Shown here: one piece after another, positions 12,620 through 24,365 of the stretch
How the letters are laid out: each line of letters opens with the position of its first letter
How positions within the stretch are numbered: position 1 is the first letter of the stretch
From: Squalus acanthias
Taxonomy: Eukaryota
Assembly (NCBI GenBank): GCA_030390025.1
Contig: CM059433.1
Location: forward strand, 19,098,001-19,162,000
Reading direction: 5' to 3'
DNA length: 64,000 nucleotides
Position numbers and translations under genes: made by a program
The notes under the pieces: model-generated
The model's database searches: none
Told to the model about the DNA's origin: nothing
What the model saw: only the letters and a program-made list of their open reading frames with translations

Positions 12620-13133
12620 AGCCTCCCACAAGTTACCCTCCATAAACTTGAGGTCATCCAAAACTCTGCTGCTCGTGTCCGAACTCACACCAAGTCCCGT
12701 TCAACCATCACCCCTGTGCTCACTTACCTAGATTGGCTCCTAGTTAAGAAACGCCTCAATTTTAAAATTCTCATCCTTGTTTTCAAATCCCTCCATGGTC
12801 TCGCCCCACCCTATCTCTGTAACTTCCTCCAGTCCTACAACCCTCCGAGATCTCTGCACTCCTCCAATTCTGGCCTATTGAGCAACCCCGATTTTAATCG
12901 CCCCACCATTGGCATCCGTGCCTTCAACTGCCAAAGCCCTAAGTTCTGGAATTCCCTCCCTAAACCTCTCCGCCTCTCTATCCTCCTTTAAGACGCTCCT
13001 TAAAACTTACCTCTATGACCTCATCTGCCCTATCTTATGTGGCTTGGTGTCAAATTTTGTTTGATAACGCTCCTGTGAAGCGCCTTGGGATGTATTACTA
13101 CGTTAAAGGTGCTATATAAGTTGTTGTTGTTGT
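12620..13133 (+). mobile_element. L2 3' fragment
   Basis: ORF 12716-12991 'DWLLVKKRLNFKILILVFKSLHGLAPPYL'; (GTT)n tail. Confidence 0.9.
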
Positions 13134-13740
13134 CGCAATTATGGTTAAACCGTATGAGTGATTGATTTGACCTGTGTGCACTGACAGATCTTATCTTTTG
13201 ATAACAATGACACCCCAGGACAAAAGGCTATAGTTCAGGAAGAGCAAAGATAGGAAGCAGGCGTTACTGAGATAACAATGTAGCAGGATATTAACCAGGA
13301 CGAGACCTCTATCATTGTATGTCCGATGATCTAAGGGTAATAAAGCACCCAGCAAGAATTGGACAATGGAAGTTTGTTTTTAAAATGGTATGAAAGAGAT
13401 ACAAAGCTTCACTCAGTAGGAACTTTAGCTACCTTCAAGAAGAGCCATTGTGAATGACTTTGGATAGGCAATCCCAGGAAGTTCTTTACACGTACTTTTC
13501 TAGACGTAGGACTGTGTGTACTACTCTGTATGTAGTCCCAAGATGAATGTTTTGAAACAATAATAGATGTAGCTAATTTTTGGACATATTACTGTCTCTA
13601 GCTTTTCGAATCTGTTATTAAAAAGGATAAAGGATTTAACCTTTCAACAGCCACCACCAATGCCAGTGACTAATACAAGGAGTTTGAAACATGTCATCTA
13701 TTTCCCCCCCCCTCCCCCACAACCTCCCAACCTGGTATAG

Positions 13741-13878
13741 AGGTTCTGACGAAAGGTCTTCGACCTGAAACGTTAACTCTTTTTCTCTCTCCACGGATGC
13801 TGCCTGGCCTGCTGAGTTTTTCCAGCGTTTTCTGTTGTGATTTTGGATTTCCAGCATCCGCATTATTTTGCTATCATA
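13741..13878 (+). mobile_element. Short Penelope-like (pLTR-derived) insertion with TSD
   Basis: Flanked by direct repeat CTGGTATAGAGG (13732-13743, 13879-13890); related sequence at 20666-20800 and 32165-32286; begins with a hammerhead motif. Confidence 0.7.
13742..13778 (+). ncRNA. Minimal type I hammerhead ribozyme motif
   Basis: GGTT-CTGACGA-A-AGGTC-TTC-GACCT-GAAAC-GTT-AACT: CUGANGA and GAAA core boxes, 5-bp stem II, palindromic ACGT stem III, short stem I. Confidence 0.65.
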
Positions 13879-15389
13879 CTGGTATAGAGGCTCCCGCCTT
13901 ACTCTAAGCACTGCCCTACTCAGCATAGCAGAGATCACGAACTCAGTGGAGTGAAGAATCAAACCAGCAATCCAGCATCTCTGTCACTGTGCATTGGCCC
14001 AAGTATCACGGTATACTGAAAATTTTCATTTTTTTTCCAAAGCATACAATACTGTAATTATGTGGACTGCACCTGTTGGAGAGCAATGGTTTACACACAG
14101 CACAACCAGCCACCAAGTAGGGCTGACCACAGACATCATGAGTAGCACAAGTTTATTTTGTGTAAACTACCACTCACTTGACTTGTTCTGTTTATGCAAT
14201 ATTGTACATTTCAATGAAGAAAACTAAATTAAAGTTATTTTTATCTAGTGTTTCACACACTTTGGCAGATGTATCAGTGTAGATATAGCGAGAGGCTGTG
14301 GAGGGAAACGTAGAAGTGTATGTGTGAAGCTCCTGGAAATTGGCCAAAAAAAGGAAACAATTTAGTCTCAAAAAAATTTTTTTCAAACCAAAAGGCAACA
14401 AACTACACATTGGTAGTGAGTAGGTGGTTTATAAATAATTAAACTAATCTCACTGCAAAAATGGAAGTTCTGGTCATGGTTGCATTGAGGCATAAACCAC
14501 AGAGGACAAACTATCAACATACACTAACTAACAGTAAACATGCATACCATAAATTGCCATATCTCTTATCCACAGATTTGTTTCAAAGAAAAAAGACTGA
14601 AAGCAACATTGAACTGAAGTTACAAGCAACAAGAGATTTTACAGCTGATTAACCACCATTTATGTTTCTCAGCAATAGGCCAAAGGCAGGAGTCATGTCT
14701 TTTTTTCCCTCTGCCATGGTGGGAGAGGTCAAATCTTAGGAGACTGTTCCACCTTGGTTACCTATTGAACATTGCTACATTAGGCACAACTTGACCAGAC
14801 ATAGAGCAAAGTTCCCTTTACTCTACCTCAACAATGTGCCTTAACCACAACTCAGAACAACGCACCCCTGCTGCACTAGTGTGATTTCCCCCATTTCCTA
14901 AATCAACTATCCCGAAGAGTAGGATTGAAATGTGGGTCCATAACCACTTGGAATTGTGTTGGAAAAACTGGCAAAGCTCATTTCTCGCTTTGTTTATAAA
15001 TTCTTTAGGTGACTTCTTGGGCTCGTCCAGATAAGAGATGTTAACCCTGGGGAATAGAACATTTTCCCAATTCAGGCACGTATTAAAGCCACACGTAGCA
15101 TAGGCAGATACGGAGTAAGACTCTCTGCACCGTGTCCCCCAGAATGGTGTTGAATTGCACTGGCTGCAAAACCATGAACACATTTGTATGACATTTCTTT
15201 GTCTGCTATTTTAACAATGGCATTAGGTGTTAATTTTCAATGGGTTAACACCTTTTTTTAAATAGTGGACATTGGAATTTTTTTGCAAACATTAAAGCGG
15301 GGGGTGGGGGAGGTTTGTGCATTGAGCAGTGTGTGAGGCTAGTGGTGCAGTTGGTAGGAGACGGCTTTTGAAGATGCATTCACTGACTT

Positions 15390-15987
15390 TGACCAGTGGT
15401 CTGAGGTCATGAAGCTTCTTTGGGCACTGGAGCCACGTCCTGTGGGTGAAACTGCTGGCAGTGATGGCCTTGGTGATCTGGTCCCACTTCGTTCTTTCTG
15501 GCGGGCCTCCTGGCCCCTGTGGGTAGAGGACCTCTCTTGCAGTGTTGGCCCCCTGCGCAAAGCAGGAGTGCTGCGTGCGAGACCCTGGGTGACCTTTCCT
15601 TGGCTTGCTGAGCCATTTGTGTTAGTGCTGAAGCACTTTTGCCACTTTTTTTTATGTGCAGAAGGTAGTTCAGCTTTAAGAGCTGAAGACTGCCATTTTG
15701 GAATTATTTTTAATTTTTTTTTCAGAAGTCAGTTGAGCTGTAAGGGCTAAAGACTGCCTATTTTGAAATGATTTTTATTTTTTTCAGTTCCCCTTTAAGG
15801 GCTCGAGACTGATTTCTAATATGACAGGCTAGCTTTAAGACAACACTGCCTCGCTCCAGGGACCCTATGGCCACGCTACATTGGGCACCAAAATAACGGT
15901 GCTGCCTGCGCTCTTTTTACAGGCGTGAGTTAACCTCGCCCTGCGGTGGCACCGCCCGTTTTCCCGCATTATCCGATTTCTAGGCCC
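15390..15987 (-). mobile_element. Harbinger fragment: decayed Myb/SANT-like ORF start plus one TIR-like end
   Basis: Frameshifted minus-strand 'AQQAKERSPRVSHAAL...REVLYPQG...WDQITKAITASSFTHRTWLQCPK'; CGATTTCTAGGCCC end at ~15974-15987. Confidence 0.65.
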
Positions 15988-16625
15988 TCTTACCTTGCGG
16001 CCTTAAAGGGGTGGGCTGTTTTAAACATTGCTGCACATCAGCAGCACACAACTTTCCTGAAGGTGGGCCTTTTTGCTTCTTAGGAAAGGACTATCATGAT
16101 GTAAACATTCCCCAACTTATATAATAATGCATTGTGTGTCTCATGAAATAATGTTGTTATTAAACAGTGTCTACTCTGGAATGTTAATCTCACTGTGCAT
16201 CATCTATCTGGCAGATCAATCATTTTGCATATACCATCTTTTGAAAATATATTTTATATTCATTAAGATATTTTGTTGTGGCTGTATCAGCTTCAGCAGG
16301 AATTGGGGACTAGAATATGATCAAAACAATTGAACAGGGTTCTTTAATCAGCTCAAGGGCTGCAGTATAAAATCTGCACCTACAGGTATTAGGAGATGAA
16401 TTGTGGTATCGGTGTAAGTACTCTGAGATAATGCAAGGAATCCCGTGGATTGATACCTTGTGAACAAATCAGAATATAGAAACCTCAGTCGGTTACAATG
16501 CAAGTGGCTAAATGACTGAAGCACAAACATAAAAAAACCCCACAATGAATCACTTTATGAATGTTCTTGACAAATTATTTATGCATTTAATATTATACAA
16601 TCAATGATAATCCCTTGTATCATTC

Positions 16626-17365
16626 AACAACAACAACAACAACATGTATTTATATAGCGCCTTTAACGTAGTAAAACATCCCAAGGCGCTTCACAGGAAT
16701 ATAATCAGACAAAAAATTTGACACCGAGCCACATAAGGAGAAATTAGGGCAGGTGACCAAAAGCTTGGTCAAAGAGGTAGGTTTTAAGGAGCATCTTAAA
16801 GGAGGAAAGAGAGGTAGTGAGGCGGAGAGGTTTAGGGCGGGAATTCCAGAGCTTAGGGCCTCGGCAACAGAAGGCACGGCCACTAATGGTTGAGCGATTA
16901 TAATCAGGGATTCTCAAGAGGGCAGAATTAGAGGAGCGTAGATATCTCGGGGAGTTGTGGGGCTGAAGGAGATTACAGAGATAGGGAGGGGAAAGGCCAT
17001 GGAGGGATTTGAAAACAAGGATGAGAATTTTGAAATTGAGGCGTTGCTTAACCGGGAGCCAATGTAGGTCAGCGAGCACAGGGGGTGATAGGTGAACGGG
17101 ACTTGATGCGAGCTAGGATACAGGCAGCCGAGTTTTGGATGACCTCATGTTTACGTAGGGTAGAATGTGGGAGGCCAGCCAGGAGTGCGTTGGAATAGTC
17201 AAGTCTAGAGGTAACAAAGGCATGGATGAGGGTTTCAGCAGCGGATGAGCTGAGGCAAGGGCGGAGACGGGCAATGTAATGGAGGTGGAAATAGGCGGTC
17301 TTAGTTATGCTGTGGATGTGTGGTCGGAAGTTCATTTCAGGGTCAAATATGACACCAAGGTTGCG
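16626..17365 (-). mobile_element. L2 3' fragment (relatively young)
   Basis: ORFs 17069-17335 'ETLIHAFVTSRLDYSNALLAGLP' and 16744-17079 'LADLHWLPVKQRLNFKIL'; (CAA)n tail. Confidence 0.92.
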
Positions 17366-18807
17366 AATTCAGTGAAATAAATGTGGATATTATTGTTTGT
17401 TAAATCATGAGATTTGATCCGAGAGGCTTTTGTTTGCAATCTCCGTCCTGCTGGTTCAAATAGCTCATTTCTTACTCTGTGGTTGTAAAACAGTAAGAAA
17501 TCCTGGCATTGGTAGATAACAAAAATAGGTGGAATATTTGTTAAGAGACTAACCTTTTTTTAATGACACCCTGGAGTATGCTTCAATGGAGTAACTCAGT
17601 GTTAATAAAACCCTCCCGAGATCTCAGGTCCCAGCACTTCCAATATCGAGTTGCTGTGCCACGTTACAGTTGATTTTTATTGCTCAAATATCAGTCACAT
17701 TCGCAATCTGCTTCAAATTCAAACTCCATTCGCTCCAAGACATTTTATTCCCCAAAATATAAACCACAACGGAATGCCAGGAGGTGAAGGGAAAGCTACT
17801 GCAGAGCAAAACGTTTTCCAACTGTCTCATTGAACAGCCGTGCAAGTGAAAAAGCTGAACAATCAGAACTTTGTTGGACGGAGTCAGCACCTGAAGTTAC
17901 AAGGGCGTTTTAATTCTGGTTTTTTTACACTTTTTAAATATTTATAATTTTTTGTGCATTACAGTTAGAGAGCTGTCGTGATGGTTTACAAAATCCCTTG
18001 TACCTTTTTGTTTCATGGTGTATCTTACAGTGATGACAATGAGTAGTATGCTTTGTATTGGATAAGAGCACTGAGAGCTGATTAAAATAGAAGATTCTGA
18101 TTTTATTTCACGCATGTTTAAGATGTTCCAAATACCAGCGATACAGCACAGGGGGAATTCCAACTGCATAATGAAGATTGTGTAACTTGTTAAGTCCTGG
18201 GACATCTTCCCCAGTGAATAAATAAATCTCAAGTGAATAAATAAATCTCGATTGAATCCACATGTAGCCAGGATGCTAAAAATACATACGAGACAGCTAA
18301 GGTTTCCTTTGTACAGCAGCCTTTTTCTTTAAATTAAATTATACCGCCTGCTCGAAGTCATATTCTTGCCATTCATGTCCAGATGTGTTATTTTACATTC
18401 ATCTCATTGTAATTTTGAATATGGAGCTGAACCCATATACAGAATCATATTCCACCCTTTTTGAGGTTTTAGGCCTCAGGCCTTCATTTGAAGACAAGAA
18501 ATGGGGACTTACCATTGATTTGTCACGGGACACCTCCAATTCACCATTTTCTTTTGCTTTTATTATGACACAAAGGGGAAGGTCGCAGCTCTGATACAGT
18601 GGTGTCACTCCGCCTGAAGTGTCATTCAATGAGTTGGAGGCGGGGCGGGATTTACGACAGGACTTACAGCATTTAATCAGCAAACAGCAAAGCAAACAAA
18701 GTCTATTTACAGTGTCTATTTGAACTGAGTCTCTACGAACTGCAGCAAACAGAACTCAGCGACTTCTCCCAATAAAAGCAGGGTGATTTCTCCAGCAAAA
18801 TGCAGTG

Positions 18808-19236
18808 AACATAAGAACAGAAGAAATAGGAGCAGGAGTAGGCCATTCGGCCCTTCGAGCCTGCTCCGCCATTCAATGAGATCATGGCTGATCTTCTGCC
18901 TCAACTCCATTCACCGGCCCTATCGCCATATTCCTTGATGCCCTTACTAGTCAGAAATCTATCGACTTCTGTTTTGAATATACCCAATGACTGAGCCTCC
19001 ACAGCCCTCTGGGGTAGAGAATTCCAAAGATTCACCACCCTCTGTGTGAAGAAATTTCTTCTCATCTCAGTCCTGAATGGCCTACCCTTTATCCTGAGGC
19101 TGTGGCCCCTGGTTCTAGACTCCCCAGCCAATGGAAACATTCTCCCAGCATCCACCCTATCAAGCCCTGTAATAATTTTGTATGCTTCAATGAGATCCCC
19201 TCTCATTCTTCTGAATTCAGGAGAATACAGGCCTAC
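18808..19236 (-). mobile_element. CR1 3' fragment
   Basis: ORF 18901-19206 'MRGDLIEAYKIITGLDRVDAGRMFPLAGESRTRGHSL...RRNFFTQRVVNLWNSLP'; CR1 stem-loop and CTTATGTT-type tail. Confidence 0.92.
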
Positions 19237-19861
19237 AGTGGAGAATAGTTACATAATACAAGCCCAGTCACTTACCGCAGGTGAGATAGACGGGGCAGCT
19301 ACTCAATCATCTCCATTCTGGCTGGGAATAGCGGTGTCACTATCTGCATCCTAATTCAGGAGTGTTTCTTTGGAGATGACCAAGGCTTATCTGTGCACTG
19401 TATATTTTAATCGAAAAGAATAAACGTGCAAGAACTTTAACATCTTACTTTAATATATTGCCTGGGGTACAACAGTGCTGGTCACTCCTGTAAGTGATGA
19501 GTGTATTATGTTCAGGGTGTGTCCGTACTGCTCAATATCTAACTGTGTGGTAGTGTTACCCAGGGCCGTAACAGTAGCCCTTGTGATTTGGGCTGGATAT
19601 CGTGTCCTTTGCATGCATTTACATACATTTCTCCAATCTTTTCAAAGGCGGACTAAAACATTTGGTAAAATGAGACTAGATATGAATCGTTAAGTTGCTT
19701 TATTTCATAGACAGCAAGTAAAACTACAGAGTATGAGTCGAAACAATTCCCCTTAGCTCAATCTCATTACTCTCCTTAAAAACATGAGAAGAAATAATAA
19801 ATCATATGTCCTGTCCCTTTCATGCACTGACTTGCTTGTTCTGGGGCATTAGCCTAGACAT

Positions 19862-20560
19862 TGGGCTGTGTTGCACCTGTTTTTCAAGTGGTAAGTGGCC
19901 TACTAAGTCTTTAGAATGGTGGGCAGGAAGCGCATGCACTCTTCCAGCTGAAAGTGCACCATCCACCACAAATAAGGGGCCTAAAGCCTGTTTGAGGTCC
20001 TTTCTCCAAGACTGTTTTGCCCTGAGGCAGCATCGCGGGTTACACTCAGGGAAACCAGCCCTAGGGATTGCCTGCAACAAAGAAGGTAAGTAATTTACCT
20101 GAATGTAAGCACTGCTGCTCCTCCCGACCCCAGATCCTTCCTCTCCCCATCACCAGATCTCCGACTCTGGCCCCGAACCCCCGCCCTGCATTGCCTCGCC
20201 CCTGATCCTCGGACACCCGACCCATGCCCCCACCCACCCTGCCCATATTGCCTCACTCCGAACCCCCATTGCTGCACGCCTGATCCCCAGACCCCCGGCT
20301 GTGCCTTACCTTGTGATCCCTGGAGTCTCAACACCGTAATGGCTCACCCCACCAATTCTCCAGACCCTTGGCCCCGCGTAGCCTGGCTCCCGATCACCAA
20401 CCCGATCCTGAACTGAGCACCGCTAGTGTCGCAGCAGCCCAAGTTTTGACTAGTCTTCACCGGTTGTTAAGCTGCACCGGCTCCTTTATAATGAACCTTG
20501 AGGCCCAATATCTGGGGAGCTTCGGACCTCACCATTCTGACGCAATTATCTGGGCCATTA
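19862..20560. mobile_element. Probable decayed Harbinger-like non-autonomous element
   Basis: GC-rich insert with C-rich degenerate repeats (20120-20410) and TIR-like end GCAATTATCTGGGCC; left end poorly defined. Confidence 0.35.
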
Positions 20561-20665
20561 TGTTGCTTTCAGACAACTTCTCACTGCAAAACCTGCCCTC
20601 CTTCATTTTTTTTGAGCCTCTTGTTGCAGGCTGTGTTTTGAACTCAGCTCCCTTCAAAAGCTGAA

Positions 20666-20800
20666 AGGTTCTGACGAAAGGTCATCGTCCTGAAACGTTA
20701 ACTCTGTTTCTCTCTCCGCTGATGCTGCCTGACCTGCTGAGTGTTTCCAGCATTTTCTGTTTTCATTTCAAATGTTTTCAGCATTTTGCTTTTATCTGTT
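20666..20800 (+). mobile_element. Second Penelope-like short copy with hammerhead motif
   Basis: AGGTT-CTGACGA-A-AGGTC-ATC-GTCCT-GAAAC-GTT-AACTCT followed by the same body as 13775-13878. Confidence 0.68.
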
Positions 20801-21515
20801 CAACAGTAACCTGTCTATGGGTCCCTTTGTGTGTTCCCAGCCGGGGGAGGGCAGAGACACAGACTTCCTCTCTCCAGCACTTTGATAGTAGGTCTGTCAA
20901 TAAAACCAGGTCACTCTCCTCCCCCATTTGGGTGCGAGTTTAAAGAGATCTACTCTTTTCAAGATGAATGAGGAGCATCCTGGCTAATGAGTCTGGCCTG
21001 AGACAATTGGCTCTCATTGTAACAGTTGTGAATTCCACATACCAACCAGCCTGGGTTCAATTCACCAGTTCAATGTCTGCAAACTGTGGGCTTTCTTTTC
21101 TAACCGATGCAAATTAGTTTTGTTTTAAAACACAACCCTTAAACATAATTCAATCCCACAAATCTTTTCCTTGAAGTAAGAAAAATGAATAAAATTACCA
21201 AACGTGAACGTAAGTTGACCAATTTGAGATACCGACATAAAGCAACCGCTGGTAAATCTGAAAAGCTCTGACTATGGCAAGAACAGAGCTCGACAATGTT
21301 ACTCACTCGCTCAGTGATTGATGCTTCTCTGGCATAAGGATCAGGACAAGTGCATTAAGGCTTGCAATGAATTAATAGGATTTTAACTTTCATAAATTGC
21401 TCGATCAATCAGATGATTTAAGTGCTTTGTCTTTTAGAATCTGGTCTTCAAGAACTCATGAAATATAAAAGAATATTCAGCCTACAGACAGTAGGGAAAT
21501 TTTACAAGTGGAGAA

Positions 21516-21738
21516 ATGGCTGATAGAGGTCCAGACAGGGCACCCAGGTTCTCTGCTGGAATGTTGCAGGCCTTGAGCCAGGCAGCGGACAAGAGGAGTG
21601 AGATCCTCTTCCCCCGCCGGAGGCCAGAAAAAAACCTCTAGGCCACACCTCTGCCGCCAGTGAGAAGAGGTTGCTGAGGAGGACAATTCCAGGAGTTTAG
21701 CTCCCAGGAAATGGCTGCAATGTAGGGGATTCACAAGG
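21516..21738 (+). pseudogene. Harbinger Myb/SANT-like DNA-binding ORF remnant
   Basis: 'MADRGPDRAPRFSAGMLQAL...RSEILFP...*EEVAEEDNSRSLAPRKWLQCR' with a frameshift and a stop. Confidence 0.7.
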
Positions 21739-21933
21739 GTGATTCTTAATTATTCCTGTTAAATATTATACACAGGTGAAATTAAGTTGTTGGATAATTT
21801 TGTTCTGGATATCATGTTGCTGTTAATATTTGTAGTGAAATGAGGACAAGGCCCATGAGGCTGGACTGAAGGAAGGCAATCGGATGGTGGTAGTAAGGAC
21901 GATGGTGGTAAAGATTGTGTGACTGTTGGGGTA

Positions 21934-23017
21934 TTAAGGATGGGAGGGATGGTTCACATGAAGCAATCTTTGATGAGCTGCTCTCAGAGCTCTGGAAGTT
22001 CGGGACACTGGTGGTTGGTGTTGCTCCTGCTCCTCCTCCTCTTGCACTCCTTGGTACCCAGGTGGTGGTAAGAGCTGCTCCCTCATTATCGTCAAGTTAT
22101 GGAGCATGCAGCAGCTGATCACAAATCTGGATACACGCTCAGGGGTGTTCAGCAAAGCTCCTCCAGAACGGTCCAGGCAGTGGAAGCATTGCTCGAGTAT
22201 GCTGACTGTTTGCTCGGTGACATTTCTGGTGGCGGCGTGGCTCTTGTTGTAGGCCAGCTCTGCAGCTGCGCACGGGTTTCGGACAGGAGTCATGAGCCAA
22301 GCCTGAAGGGGATTGCCCTCGTCAGCCTGTAAACCTGACGGCCTGTTTGGAATAAAGAGGACTGATGCAGGATGAAAGAGTCAAGACTGCAGCCAGGAAA
22401 CCAGGCACAGACCGGCATGAAGCGCTGCCTGTGGTCACAAACAAAACACAGGGAAGGTTGTGGGAGTGGAATCCCTTTCTATTTCGAAATATGCCAGACT
22501 GGTGATAAGGAGCATGAAAGGCAATGTGTGTGCAGTCTATGGCAACTTGCACCCTGGGGAAGCCTGCAATGCAGGCGAAGCCTAATGCTCTCTTGTCCTG
22601 CTTCACTCTGTCCATCCTGCCTTAGAGAGCCTAGGTGACATCCCAGATACAATGGTGGACGGCAAACTGGGAGATGACGCTGATGTCACCTGCTGCGGCC
22701 TGGAATGATCACGTGGCATAAGAGTTAAGGGCCACAGTGACCTCGACAGCCACAGGCAGTGCTGCCCAGGCCCTAGTTCAAGGCTCGAGTTGTGGCTGCA
22801 GCAGGTGACATAGCTCAGTGACAGCCTCCTTGGTGAAGTGAAGGTGTCTGAGAGATTGCTTCTCAGTGAAGATCATATAGAAGATTTGTTGTGGGTGTGC
22901 TCTCCTACACAGTGCCCTCCCTCCTCCTCTTCTCCCAGCCGCTCCTGCTCTCTCCTATTGTCTTAGCTGCTCCCCCTCGTCCTCCAACCCCAAAGGCAGA
23001 CCTACCAGACTGCCCAT
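21934..23017 (-). pseudogene. Harbinger/HARBI1-like DDE transposase, decayed
   Basis: 'FTKEAVTELCHLL', 'GFPRVQVAIDCTHI', 'FRNRKGFHS', 'YNKSHAATRNVTEQTVSILEQCFHCLDRSGGAL...CCMLHNL'; multiple stops and frameshifts. Confidence 0.85.
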
Positions 23018-23419
23018 GACTGCAGTAAAACTGCTTTGAAGGCAGACAAAAGCAATCCAGCAGCAGCAAATACTTCTCAGCAGAAGGCAGAAATCAGTCG
23101 TACAAGAAAGAAAATAGGCAAATAAACGTCAGAAATTAACCAAGAGCCTAAAAGAACAAACCAGCAACTAACTTGTATGTAGTGGATGAGCCCTCTAACT
23201 TGTACTGCTGAAGGATCCTTGCTGCCTGTAGGTGCCCCGGGTTGCTGAGCGAGTTTATCACGTGGCGAATCAGGCACTGTGGCAGACCAATTTCAACGAG
23301 CGTAGGACCCTTATTGAAATATGATAATAAGGCTGTTAAATGATTCCAGAACTGCCCTGGAAACCTGTGGAGGAGCCTGATCCAATATCAGGAGGAGCCT
23401 GATCCAATAATATCAGGAG

Positions 23420-24180
23420 AAATGGTGCAGGAGGGAGGCTTCAGATTCCTGAGGCTTTGGGACCAGTTCTGAGGCAGGAGGGACCTGTACAAGATGGACG
23501 GGTTGCACCTCAACAGGGCTGGGACCAATGTCCTCACAGGGAGGTTAACTAGTGCTGTGGGTGAGGGTTTAAACTAATTTGGCAGGGAGAGGGGCACCAG
23601 GATGAAGCATTTAGAGAGGAGATACAAGGTGCACAGAGAGACAAAACAGCATTAGAATAAAGAGTAATTCAGAAATAGGAGGGATCAGACAGGGCGGGGG
23701 GGGGGGGAAATGCAAGGCAGACTAAGATGGGTTTAGAGTGCATGTGCGTAAATGCACGGAGTGTGGTAAATAAGGTTGAGGAACTGCAGGCACAAGTAAC
23801 CACATGGGATTATGATATAGTGGGAATAACAGAGACCTGGTTCAAACAAGGGGAGGAATGGACACTTCGTATTCCTGGCTACAATGTATTCAGGAAAGAT
23901 AGGGAAGGAAAAAAAGGAAGGAGGTAGCTGTATTAATCAAATATACAGTTGTAGCACTAGAAAGGGATAATAAACTTGAGGGTTCAAAGACAGAATCTAT
24001 TTGGCTAGAATTAAGGAACAATAGAGGAGCTATTACACTGCTGGGTGTGTAATGATAATGGGGGACGTTAATTATCCTAATATAGACTGGGAAAATAACA
24101 GTGCAAAGGGCAAAGCGGGGGAGGAATTCCTGAAATGTGTAACGGGAAACTTTCTTGCTTAGTGTGTTTCCAGTCCAACG
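23420..24180 (+). mobile_element. CR1 fragment: end of ORF1 esterase and APE endonuclease
   Basis: 'YKMDGLHLNRAGT' then ORF 23727-23927 'CVNARSVVNKVEEL...YDIVGITETW...IPGYNVFRKDR'. Confidence 0.85.
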
Positions 24181-24365
24181 AGTCTGATTTGTCTTTCTTG
24201 GATCCAATGTGGATGACCTCACATTGAACACCATCTGCTATAGTTTTGTCAACTCACTCTTAGTCCCTTTGTAACCTGTTCTCATGTACATAACTTAGTG
24301 TGCCTACTAACTTAGCATCATCTGCAAACTTTGATATACAACTCTCTATTCCTTCATCCAAGATT
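24181..24365 (-). mobile_element. Decayed CR1 RT fragment
   Basis: Reverse of GCATCATCTGCAAACTTTGA reads 'SKFADDA' (RT active-site motif). Confidence 0.6.

Noticed and set aside
15009..15113. Exon-like segment (TTCTTTAG ... GTAAGA)
   Set aside because: Stops in all three frames and no other support
18213..18250. 19-bp tandem duplication; similar short duplication near 23370-23420
   Set aside because: Ordinary slippage duplications
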